A stretch of 49,492 bases of DNA from IMG/VR virus record IMGVR_UViG_3300045988_041301, positions 1 through 49,492 of that record; one strand, written 5' to 3'. Positions 36,001 to 43,610 of this stretch are shown here, one piece after another. The notes below the pieces were generated by a model. The model ran no database searches, had not been told where the DNA came from, and saw nothing but the letters and a program-made list of their open reading frames with translations. This DNA is from a virus. Every line of letters begins with the position of its first letter. Position 1 is the stretch's first letter. A program made the position numbers and the translations under genes.

Positions 36001-36582
36001 CTATCTCTTGCGCGACGGCCAGCCGCCAGAATACCTTCTGCCATTCTGGTTCCTCCTTATGTTCTGATTTCTAAGGCCAGAGTTACATACTGCGAGTTGA
36101 GGCTGTCGATTAACTTCAGGCATGTTTCCGCTCCGATCAGCTCCAGCTCCTTGAGCAGGTAAATCTTTCCCCTTGCAGTTATGTACTTCTGATTCAATTT
36201 CAGGAGTGCGTCCTGGCTCTTGGTATTTATTTTTACTGAGTCCATTATCTTCTGGACAACTTCCTGAATGGTTTCTGCAGATATGTTCTTTCCTTCTTCC
36301 ATGTCTTCCTGCGACCTCCCTTCTCATTGGATATCCATGCATCTTAAGCCAGTTGTTACTTTTGCCTTCTGGCACGTTCCGGATCTTTTTATATTTTTCT
36401 TCCAGGTACTTCTGCCTCTTAAGCATCTTGAGCGGCGCTTCGTCGGCGCTTATGCTGCAGCTTGCCATTATATTCCTGGCGGCATCAATCATTGTTGCAA
36501 AGAGTTCCGTACACCACTCACCAAGCAAGATCGCCGCCTCTCCCATTTTTCTGATGGCCTGCGTCAATTTGTCATTGTTCAA
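36001..36582 (-). CDS. Hypothetical protein, paralog A with NNWLKMHGYPMRR motif; 3' extent uncertain
   Basis: The TTG start at 36582 has a GGAGGG RBS and overlaps the helicase TGA. The last ~90 codons are low-complexity and overlap 36057..36302. Confidence 0.45.
   Translation of the reverse strand: MNNDKLTQAIRKMGEAAILLGEWCTELFATMIDAARNIMASCSISADEAPLKMLKRQKYLEEKYKKIRNVPEGKSNNWLKMHGYPMRREVAGRHGRRKEHICRNHSGSCPEDNGLSKNKYQEPGRTPEIESEVHNCKGKDLPAQGAGADRSGNMPEVNRQPQLAVCNSGLRNQNIRRNQNGRRYSGGWPSRKR
36057..36302 (-). CDS. Hypothetical protein (81 aa)
   Basis: The sequence looks like a natural protein and an AGGGAGG RBS lies upstream. It sits entirely inside the 193-codon ORF in another frame. Confidence 0.45.
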   Translation of the reverse strand: MEEGKNISAETIQEVVQKIMDSVKINTKSQDALLKLNQKYITARGKIYLLKELELIGAETCLKLIDSLNSQYVTLALEIRT

Positions 36583-37937
36583 AAGAAATCCCTCCAGTTA
36601 TCTACGACCGTCTTGGCCATGTCCTCTTTTCGACTCAGGGCCTTGCTGATCAGCTCGTCGATAGTTCCCTCAATCTCCAGATCGATGTATGTGCAGCAGT
36701 TTCTCTGGCCGATTCTGTGGATACGGGAGAGGCTCTGGCTGTACGTTGCGTAGTTGAAGTTCTTACTGTAATAGACACAGGTATCTGCAGCTGTCAGTGT
36801 GATTCCGGTACCGGCGGTATCAATCTGTCCGATAAAGAGAACTGTTTTCGGGTCCTCCTGGAACTGCTTCACAATGTCGCCTCGGTCCTCTTTCTTAATG
36901 TCACCATAGATGGCCACCTGCTTCAGCTCCTTCGGCAGGACCTTGTCGGCCAGCTCCATGATTGCTTTTACCTCTGCGATGAACCTTGCGAAGATCACCA
37001 GCTTCTTTCCGGATCCGATCACATAGTCCTCGATGATATCTGCCAGGGCATCCAGCTTGGCCCTGCTTACCAGCTGCGGCTTCTGCGCGTCATCCTGAAC
37101 CAGGAACCCTCCGGCCAACTGCTGCAGGCGGAGCAGCCTTGTCAGGACTGTGGTTGCGGTAATGTGGCCGCCTCCGTCCAGCTCTGCGTAGCTGTCCTTT
37201 TTAATTCTCTCGTACAGGTTCTTTTCCTTCTGGTTGAACTGTATCTTCCTGGTCTCGAACGTCTGCTCCGGAAGGTCCAGAGCCTCGTCTTTGGTAACTC
37301 TGAAGGCGATGCTGTGTTCTTTCTTGATCAGGCCTTCCAGGTCCTTGTATCCGACGATCTTCTTGTTTCCATAGCCGCCCATGATAGCGTACCGGCCGCG
37401 GAACTTGAAGAAGTTATCTCCGAATACGGTTTTGTCCAGGAAGCGGTACTGTGACCAGATGTCAATAGCTGCAGTCTGGACTGGAGTTCCGGATAAGATC
37501 AGTTTATATCTGGCCTGATCTCCCAGCTCATGCATGGCCTTGCTCTGTGCTGCATCGTATGTTTTGATACGCTGGCTCTCATCTGCGATCACCATGTCCG
37601 CATCGAACTCCTTGAGTTTCTCCAGGATCTCTGGCCGCCAGGCTGACTCGTAGTTGATCACCGCGACCTTTAGAGCCTTGAATGGAAATTTCAGAAGGTC
37701 ATCGATCTGCTTTATGCGCTGCTTCTTTTCTCCCAGGAGCGTCTTGCAGGTATACTTGAATTTTGCGTACTCCTGCAACTCCTTTGGCCATACAGCCACG
37801 ACGGAGGTCGGTGCCACAATCAGAAGACGTTCGACCTTTCCCATCTGGTAGCCGGCGCCCGCGATCGCGATCGCTGTCAGCGTTTTTCCGCATCCCATCT
37901 CAAACAGCAGGCCGAAGCCTTTGTTTATATTCTGCAT
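36579..37937 (-). CDS. SNF2-family helicase, C-terminal fragment (motifs I-VI)
   Basis: Motif I is GLLFEMGCGKT, motif II is MVIADESQRIK and motif VI is QSLSRIHRIGQ. The usual L-x-x-(Y/H)-Q element before motif I is absent. Confidence 0.9.
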   Translation of the reverse strand: MQNINKGFGLLFEMGCGKTLTAIAIAGAGYQMGKVERLLIVAPTSVVAVWPKELQEYAKFKYTCKTLLGEKKQRIKQIDDLLKFPFKALKVAVINYESAWRPEILEKLKEFDADMVIADESQRIKTYDAAQSKAMHELGDQARYKLILSGTPVQTAAIDIWSQYRFLDKTVFGDNFFKFRGRYAIMGGYGNKKIVGYKDLEGLIKKEHSIAFRVTKDEALDLPEQTFETRKIQFNQKEKNLYERIKKDSYAELDGGGHITATTVLTRLLRLQQLAGGFLVQDDAQKPQLVSRAKLDALADIIEDYVIGSGKKLVIFARFIAEVKAIMELADKVLPKELKQVAIYGDIKKEDRGDIVKQFQEDPKTVLFIGQIDTAGTGITLTAADTCVYYSKNFNYATYSQSLSRIHRIGQRNCCTYIDLEIEGTIDELISKALSRKEDMAKTVVDNWRDFF

Positions 37938-37970
37938 TTAATTCTCCTTGAATCTTTGTTATAATAAGTG

Positions 37971-38912
37971 TCATCGGGGGGGGGCTTCACTGAATTCCAC
38001 ACCTTGCATCGCCTTGTGTCTTGCCAGGACTTCTGAAGGTTTCATGCTGTAGATGTCTTGATATTCAGTGCCATTCCCTCTGTAATATCTTTTCATGTAT
38101 GCCGGGTTCATAAGCCGTTCATACTTTCCCCTGGTGGCCAGTGCCGATCTGTCCAGTTTCTCTGCGATCTGTTCCCATGAATATCCTTTTTCGACCATAT
38201 CGCAAAGAACCTCTACCTCGGATTCTGTCCACATACGGGTCTTGCTTTTGACGGGGCGCTCTTTGATCTGAAGATCACAAATTCTGCGCTTGACCGCGCC
38301 TTCTGTCTTCCGGAGCTCCCTGGCCAGTTCCCTGTATCCGTACTGGTGTTTTGAAAGCATACGCTTCAGCTTCTCATCTTCTGACTTTGTCCAAGAGGTG
38401 TTATGTCTCCCGACCTGCTGTCCTCTTTCAAAGTCCGCCTTGCGTTTCTCTTTTACCCATTCCGGTTCTGCTCCCAGGCTCAATTCCTCAAACTTGGAAA
38501 AATCCAGGATCATTCGATTCTGTTCTGCCCATTGCCAGAACTCTTTCAGATCAACAACCTGAAACCTGCAGGCATTTGTTCTGTGCCAGCGTACTGGCAG
38601 TCCTGCTTTGATCAGGCGTCCTGTTATGTACGATTCCATGCTCTTTGTGCCGTATATGGTACTCATCAGCTGGTTTAACGAAACCCGGTAGTCATTTTCC
38701 AGGTGCGCTCCGCATCCCAGACGGTATCTTCGGTTATTTATCGCTTCCGCGCTGCGACCGAGCTTCTTTGCTAATGCAGGGATTGAAAGGCTTCCCCATT
38801 TGTCCTGAAGAAAGGCATCCTCTTCCGGAGTCCAGTTCTTCTTTGCCCTGGGTGCCGGCTTAAGTCTCCGGTCTGTCTTCGGCTCTGCCCTTGGCTTCTC
38901 TGTTGTCTTCAC
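37971..38912 (-). CDS. Protein with three Myb/SANT-like HTH repeats (inside the helicase-splitting insert)
   Basis: The three repeats are WTPEEDAFLQDKWG...LAKKLGRSAEAINNRRYRL, WTKSEDEKLKRML...LARELRKTEGAVKRRICDL and WTESEVEVLCDMV...IAEKLDRSALATRGKYERL. The start is GTG and a C9 run sits 2 codons before the stop. Confidence 0.6.
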   Translation of the reverse strand: MKTTEKPRAEPKTDRRLKPAPRAKKNWTPEEDAFLQDKWGSLSIPALAKKLGRSAEAINNRRYRLGCGAHLENDYRVSLNQLMSTIYGTKSMESYITGRLIKAGLPVRWHRTNACRFQVVDLKEFWQWAEQNRMILDFSKFEELSLGAEPEWVKEKRKADFERGQQVGRHNTSWTKSEDEKLKRMLSKHQYGYRELARELRKTEGAVKRRICDLQIKERPVKSKTRMWTESEVEVLCDMVEKGYSWEQIAEKLDRSALATRGKYERLMNPAYMKRYYRGNGTEYQDIYSMKPSEVLARHKAMQGVEFSEAPPR

Positions 38913-39142
38913 TATCTAAGCCCTCTTTCCTTCGTTGGCTCTGCGCGTCTGTGGGTTCTTTCATAATCGACGCATCTCGAATCTTTAAATGCATCTATGA
39001 ACATTCCGGCAGTTTCTTTTTCATAATTTCCACAGAGCCCTCTATAGTCGATGTCTGTTCTTACTCTTTCAAAGAAATCTCTGAATCTATCTTTTCGATA
39101 GTCTTCTTCAAATTCTTTTGGTATCTCTATCTGAACTCTCAC
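38912..39142 (-). CDS. Hypothetical protein (inside the helicase-splitting insert)
   Basis: 76 aa. The GTG start has an AAGGAGG RBS and overlaps the TGA of the upstream ORF. Confidence 0.45.
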   Translation of the reverse strand: MRVQIEIPKEFEEDYRKDRFRDFFERVRTDIDYRGLCGNYEKETAGMFIDAFKDSRCVDYERTHRRAEPTKERGLR

Positions 39143-39510
39143 TTTCCGTCTTCCTCCTTTTTCGGCGTCTCAATGAATCCGAAGGTCATGAGTGCCATGT
39201 TGGCCGCTCTTACCTGGTGTTCATAGAGGTTCTTTGTTACCGGGTATTTATACAGTGGTTCCGGATGCTCCCTAGTTCGTTCCTGATCTACCGCCTCCTG
39301 GACCTCATTCATTCTGGTTCGTTCCGCTTCGATGGATGGAGGGAGATGTACGAGGGTGGCCAGTTTATTAAGCAGTTCCGCACTGGCAATCCCTTCATAC
39401 ATCTGCTGTCCTCTGATCCATCGCATCTGGTTCCAGCTCTTGATGATCGTCTTCTGAATGGCATCGGCTTCAATGATCCGGACCATTCCGTCTGTCAGTG
39501 CCATCTTCAT
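39139..39510 (-). CDS. SNF2-family helicase, N-terminal fragment (carries the LYEHQ element)
   Basis: The C-terminus ...KNLYEHQVRAANMALMTFGF-IETPKKEEDGK supplies the L-x-x-H-Q plus about 13 aa that normally precede GLLxxMGxGKT. Confidence 0.55.
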   Translation of the reverse strand: MKMALTDGMVRIIEADAIQKTIIKSWNQMRWIRGQQMYEGIASAELLNKLATLVHLPPSIEAERTRMNEVQEAVDQERTREHPEPLYKYPVTKNLYEHQVRAANMALMTFGFIETPKKEEDGK

Positions 39511-39821
39511 TCCTGGATGCCCTCCTGCTGCAGATACGCTTCTCTCTCGCTCATCATCGATTCGTATTCCTCCTGGGTGTACTGCTGTCCGTTCCAGTAG
39601 GTTCTTTCGATGGGAGTTGCCGGAGCTTCGTATGGATCGTTTAAGATTATGTACAGGAGCCCCCCTGCTGTAAGAGCTGCTACACTTATGCAGACAGCTG
39701 CTTCTTTCAGGATCCTCTTAAGCCGAGCGTTTCTGCGGCGTTTCCTGTTCCGTTCTCTCTGTTCCATCCCTCTTTGATACCTGTTTGAGCAGGGACTCTG
39801 TGAATCGTTTCTCATATCCAT
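39507..39821 (-). CDS. Small membrane protein (basic N-terminus, one TM helix)
   Basis: A GGAGGTG RBS lies 10 nt before ATG 39821. The TM segment is AAVCISVAALTAGGLLYIIL. It has an ATGA overlap with the next gene. Confidence 0.5.
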   Translation of the reverse strand: MDMRNDSQSPCSNRYQRGMEQRERNRKRRRNARLKRILKEAAVCISVAALTAGGLLYIILNDPYEAPATPIERTYWNGQQYTQEEYESMMSEREAYLQQEGIQE

Positions 39822-40268
39822 CTGTGTACTGCACCTCCATCTTTATGTTCATAGTTACCATCCTTTCTGAATGTACTTGACTTACCGGAAGGGTTTTATT
39901 ATGCTCTCTAGGCTTGGCTGGGTCCGGTAGTCTGTGACAGGTTCTCCAAGGCGATTGAAGAACCTGTCCGCTATGCTCCCTGAGTTTTGTGTGGGGTAGC
40001 CGTATAGCCGTTGCCTGCAGTGCTGATCGTTTCAGGTCAGCCATCCGGGGTTAAGTCGCACCCACCAGTCCATGCTCCGGATGTTCTCTCTCTGGTGTTC
40101 TCATCTGCCTCCAAGCCGGGATTTTTTTACTAGGGTCTGCGCTTTCCACCCCTATTACGACGGCTCTCCGCAGGCATCGGATTCCCCGCCGGGTGGACTT
40201 ATCTGCGTCGGCTCCACCAGACCTGGGTTTTTAATGAGGTCCCGCGTCCCTCAGCTCTCTATTTAGTT
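39822..40268 (-). ncRNA. Candidate structured non-coding leader RNA (family not recognised)
   Basis: This 447-nt gap lies downstream of a consensus early promoter and a 55-codon ORF. Helices: 39936..39945/39959..39968 (10 bp perfect), 40042..40048/40077..40083 (7 bp), and 40145..40151/40191..40197 enclosing 40158..40163/40186..40191. The last contains a pair that is G-U only in the minus-strand transcript. Confidence 0.35.
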
Positions 40269-40436
40269 TTAGGCCATGGCCGGTTCGTCGATTGCTCTCT
40301 GAGCTTCCATGCCGGCCATGAAGATGTTTGTGGCTTTCACCACTTCAGCTCGTTTTTCTTTTGGCACCGCCGCCAGCATCTTCATGATGGTCTCAGCGCT
40401 TTCGAGCTGTTCTGTTGTGTATCTTCTCTCTTCCAT
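40269..40436 (-). CDS. First early-operon ORF (55 aa, Cro-position protein, below the track cutoff)
   Basis: An AAGGAGG RBS lies 7 nt before ATG 40436. The sequence is MEERRYTTEQLESAETIMKMLAAVPKEKRAEVVKATNIFMAGMEAQRAIDEPAMA. It is divergent from the repressor gene. Confidence 0.5.
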   Translation of the reverse strand: MEERRYTTEQLESAETIMKMLAAVPKEKRAEVVKATNIFMAGMEAQRAIDEPAMA

Positions 40437-40465
40437 CTTGGTTCCTCCTTTCGTTGGTGCGTTGG

Positions 40466-40551
40466 TTTTTGTTGTCTATGCCGTTATTATATGTTGACGC
40501 AAGCGTGTTTGTCAATACTTTTTTGTTGTCAGCGCGGTTTTTTGTTGACAA
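40466..40551. promoter_or_regulatory. Candidate operator repeats TTTTTGTTG(T/A)C and inverted TTGAC/GTCAA pairs
   Basis: TTTTTGTTGTC is at 40466 and 40520, and TTTTTGTTGAC is at 40539. The inverted repeats are TTGAC-N12-GTCAA (40494..40515) and TTGTCA-N14-TGACAA (40526..40551). They overlap both promoters. Confidence 0.45.
40486..40515 (-). promoter_or_regulatory. Early (lytic) promoter: TTGACA-18-TATAAT
   Basis: The minus strand reads TTGACAaacacgcttgcgtcaacaTATAAT. The -35 is 40510..40515 and the -10 is 40486..40491. Confidence 0.65.
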
Positions 40552-40573
40552 TGCGGTTTTTATGCTTTATAAT
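40545..40573 (+). promoter_or_regulatory. Repressor promoter: TTGACA-17-TATAAT
   Basis: The + strand reads TTGACAatgcggtttttatgcttTATAAT, about 10 nt before the AGGAGG of the repressor gene. Confidence 0.7.
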
Positions 40574-40598
40574 TCAGGCCATAGGAGGTGAGAAAAAA

Positions 40599-41060
40599 AT
40601 GACGATTGGAGATCGAATTAAAAAAATTCGTCGAGAATTTGATTTAACGCAGGAGGCTTTTGCTTCCAGAATTGGTTCTGTACAAAATACTATTACCGGT
40701 TACGAAAGCGGACGAAGAAACCCGTCAGCTCCAGTGATTTCTCTAATATGTAGGGAGTTTGGAATAAACGAAGAATGGCTTCGGGATGGAATCGGTGATA
40801 TGTGTGTGCCTGATCCAGATAATGAGTTGGAAGCCCTGGCGGAAAAATATAAACTGAGTGCTGCTGATCAGATATTGATTGAGAAATTTGTAAACCTGAA
40901 AGCAGATACTAGAAATGCGATCCTGGAGTTCATGGCGGACGTTGTTGCCTCTATCCAGGAATCAGAGGAAGATTTTTCGGACGTTCCTCTTACCTCTAAG
41001 GAATTCGAGCGGAACTTCCAGGTCTTGGAAGACGACGAAAAAAAAGGGGGACTTGGGTAA
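40599..41060 (+). CDS. CI-like repressor (XRE-family HTH)
   Basis: ATG 40599 follows an AGGAGG RBS. The HTH is DLTQEAFASRIGSVQNTITGYESGRRNPS. 153 aa. The track ORF starts upstream at 40491. Confidence 0.8.
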   Translation: MTIGDRIKKIRREFDLTQEAFASRIGSVQNTITGYESGRRNPSAPVISLICREFGINEEWLRDGIGDMCVPDPDNELEALAEKYKLSAADQILIEKFVNLKADTRNAILEFMADVVASIQESEEDFSDVPLTSKEFERNFQVLEDDEKKGGLG

Positions 41061-41072
41061 TGTACCCAGTCC
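41035..41072 (-). terminator. Hairpin terminator at the repressor 3' end, T8 tail on the minus strand
   Basis: GGACTTGGGTA-atg-TACCCAGTCC (one bulged T). On the minus strand it is followed by TTTTTTTT. Confidence 0.55.
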
Positions 41073-41082
41073 TCCTGTGTCC

Positions 41083-41205
41083 TTAACGAATTAATATAAT
41101 TTTTGCGCTTTTACTTGCATTTAGGTTGATGTAGATGGTGTCGTCGTCGTGGTAGTAAATCGCGTATATGTATTTTTTAGTGAAGAAAACGTATTTTTTG
41201 CTCAT
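41083..41205 (-). CDS. Possible 40-aa ORF convergent on the repressor gene
   Basis: An AGGGGGAG RBS precedes ATG 41205. The sequence starts MSKKYVFFTKKYIYAIYYHDDDTIYINL... and ends just before the terminator hairpin. Confidence 0.3.
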   Translation of the reverse strand: MSKKYVFFTKKYIYAIYYHDDDTIYINLNASKSAKIILIR

Positions 41206-41359
41206 ATCCAACTCCCCCTTTTTAGGACCGGAGCGACTGGGCACACGAAAACTATTATACTGTAAAACATCATTTATTTAACTGGTAAGTTCTGGAAATA
41301 CGGGTACCGCCTGGTGCTCTGTTTCAAATAAATATCTCACTCAAAGGAGGGCGTGCTTT

Positions 41360-41875
41360 ATGAAAAAGAAATTAGCCGCTTTACTGTTAGCCGGAACTCT
41401 TGCAGTTGCTCCGAGCTACGCAGTCCTGGCCGAGGATGCTTCCGCCACAGAAGCTCCGGCAGAAGAAAAGAAGGAACCGGTCAAAAATGGATCTTATGAT
41501 CTGAAGTGTTCCGAAGATGACAAGGATGAGGATGCGATCAAGCTGCACTTCTCGAATGAAGTCAGAAACGACGTAACAGGGAACTGGCGTATTGCTACTC
41601 TGGCCTCTGATAAGTCATCTCTTGACTTTGCTCTGGCTTATTACAAAGAGTTCGTGACCTCAAAGGACGAGATTCATGCGGTCGTTAATTTTACAGACAA
41701 TACGACCACAAAGATCTGCACTGCGTTCGATTCTGATTATGTGGATGTGACTATTCACAACTACATGGATGGAGAAGAACACGATGCAAAGCTGTTGTTC
41801 GGTGGAGATGTGACCGGTGAATACTGGATCAATATTGAAACCGGTGAGGTAGAAAACCTCGCAGACGAAGAATAA
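41360..41875 (+). CDS. Secreted protein (Sec signal peptide), lysogeny-side moron
   Basis: The signal peptide is MKKKLAALLLAGTLAVAPSYAVLA|EDAS and the RBS is AAAGGAGG. I recognised no family. Confidence 0.65.
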   Translation: MKKKLAALLLAGTLAVAPSYAVLAEDASATEAPAEEKKEPVKNGSYDLKCSEDDKDEDAIKLHFSNEVRNDVTGNWRIATLASDKSSLDFALAYYKEFVTSKDEIHAVVNFTDNTTTKICTAFDSDYVDVTIHNYMDGEEHDAKLLFGGDVTGEYWINIETGEVENLADEE

Positions 41876-42032
41876 ATAAAAAACCGCCCAGCGCTTCCAA
41901 CACCGGACGGTTTCGTGTAACCTTGTAGGCAGTTATCCAACTGGTTACAATTCCCTCTAGACAAGGGAATTATAACACAGATCTGGGCGCCTGCATAGGC
42001 GTATTTTTTATACTCTTTTTTAGGAGGTTGTT

Positions 42033-43607
42033 ATGATAATCTGTTGTTATGGCAGAAAGTCCATCTACTCTGATCACTCAGATTCCATCGACAATCAGTT
42101 CCGGATGTGCCGGGACTATGTGGAGATGAAGTTCTCCGGACAGGTAGATTCCTTCCTGGAATACCAGGATGAAGCCTTCACTGGTGCGAACACCAAGCGG
42201 CCCGATCTGCAGCGTCTCCTGACGGATATATCTGCAGGGAACTGTGATGTTCTGATTGTGTACCAGCTGGATCGTCTTTCCAGGGATGTCCGGGACTTTG
42301 CGAATATCTACGCAATCCTGGAAGAACACCGGGTGAAGTTTATCTCTATCAAAGAAAATATTGACACGTCCACGCCGATCGGACGCGCCATGATGTATGT
42401 TACCGTCGTCTTTGCTCAGATGGAACGCGAGACCATCGCAGCCAGGGTGGCGGACAATATGATCGGTCTTGCAAAGAAGGGCTACTGGACCGGCGGAAAC
42501 CCACCTGAAGGATATGTCCGTACCCGCATTGAGGTAAACGGTAAAAAGCACTGCTCCATCGTTCCGGATCCGGAAGGTGTGAAGTATGTTACCTGGATCT
42601 TCGATACTTTTCTGCAGAACGGTTACTCCCTGCAGGGTATGGAGACAGCTTTTAAAAACCAGGGAATCCGGACACGACGCGGCGCATTCTTCTCAACCAC
42701 TCAGCTGCATAAGATTCTGACCATGCCGTACTGCGTGGCTGCTACTCCGGAGGTCTACGACTTCTATGCTGCTAAAGGCTGTATCATGGATCCGGAGTCT
42801 CCGAGGGAATCCTGGGACGGTACTCGCGGCGTGATGATCTACGGAAGATCAACCGAGAAGAACAAAAAGCACGAGCTTCAGCCGCCGGAGAAGTGGCTGG
42901 TATGCCTGGGTGCTCATGAACCATTCATGCCGGCAGAGAAGTGGCTGGCGGTTCAGGCAAGATTCGCCAGGAATAAATTTGATAAAACGATGAAGTACGA
43001 TGTGCCACTTCTGAAGGGAGTGCTCCGGTGCTCCTGCGGATCCATCATGTGCGTGTCCAGGAAGAAGAAGGTCGATGGCAGCGTGTCCTCCTGGTATTAC
43101 TGTCTGAAACGAATGAGGCAAGGGAAAGAAGTGTGTGATTCCAGACAGATCAAGTGCGAGCTGCTTGACCAGAAAGTGCTGGAGCTTCTACAGTCCATCA
43201 AGCGCGACCCGCAAGTTATCCACAAATTCGCAGAGAACAATGTGGATATGTTAAACGGTCCGGACCCGAAGGTCTTAGCTTCTAAGATCAGCACATGCCA
43301 GACTCGCATTGACCGCTTGGTATCGTCGCTTTCCCTGGCTGCGGATTCTTCAGCGCAGAAATATATCCTGGCTGAGCTGGAGCGTCTGGATCTCGAAATT
43401 CAAGCCCTGCGGCGTGAACATAACCTTGCACTGGCTGCGGAGAGAAAGCGATCCATGCAGCAGCAGAATACGCTCTCGAAGGTATCTGAAATAAACCGGC
43501 TCATTGCCGACCTGGATTCCTTCTCCGCATCGGAGAAAAATGCAATTGTGAAAGACGTAATTAAAAAATGTGTATGGGACGGGGAGTCCCTTTCTATTAT
43601 GCTTTGA
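42033..43607 (+). CDS. Large serine recombinase (integrase)
   Basis: The N-terminal resolvase domain has YGRKSIYSD and VYQLDRLSRDVRDF. It also has a recombinase domain, the Cys cluster CSCGSIMC...YYCLKR...C, and a C-terminal coiled coil. Confidence 0.92.
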   Translation: MIICCYGRKSIYSDHSDSIDNQFRMCRDYVEMKFSGQVDSFLEYQDEAFTGANTKRPDLQRLLTDISAGNCDVLIVYQLDRLSRDVRDFANIYAILEEHRVKFISIKENIDTSTPIGRAMMYVTVVFAQMERETIAARVADNMIGLAKKGYWTGGNPPEGYVRTRIEVNGKKHCSIVPDPEGVKYVTWIFDTFLQNGYSLQGMETAFKNQGIRTRRGAFFSTTQLHKILTMPYCVAATPEVYDFYAAKGCIMDPESPRESWDGTRGVMIYGRSTEKNKKHELQPPEKWLVCLGAHEPFMPAEKWLAVQARFARNKFDKTMKYDVPLLKGVLRCSCGSIMCVSRKKKVDGSVSSWYYCLKRMRQGKEVCDSRQIKCELLDQKVLELLQSIKRDPQVIHKFAENNVDMLNGPDPKVLASKISTCQTRIDRLVSSLSLAADSSAQKYILAELERLDLEIQALRREHNLALAAERKRSMQQQNTLSKVSEINRLIADLDSFSASEKNAIVKDVIKKCVWDGESLSIML

Positions 43608-43610
43608 AGC

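Noticed and set aside
37938-39138. Insert splitting the SNF2 helicase considered as a group I/II intron or an intein
   Set aside because: Both fragments have their own stop and RBS/start signals, so it is not an intein. The two insert ORFs occupy all but about 33 nt, leaving no room for a ribozyme core. I saw no domain V-like or P7-like elements.
39718-40044. 108-aa track ORF, and a 44-codon sub-ORF starting MNIKMEVQY, at the 3' edge of the non-coding leader
   Set aside because: The long form has no RBS and runs through GC-rich helices. The short form has only a weak AAAGGA site, and it overlaps the better-supported 39821 start (GGAGGTG RBS) in another frame.
39822-40268. Strings such as ACGCGGGACC, CGGGGAAUCC, CCGUCGUAAUA and AGGGGUGGAAAGCGC resemble pieces of the c-di-AMP (ydaO) riboswitch and the T-box
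   Set aside because: The order and pairing partners do not match the consensus architectures as I remember them, and the T-box ACCGCG core is absent. I left the region as an unclassified structured RNA pending a covariance-model search.
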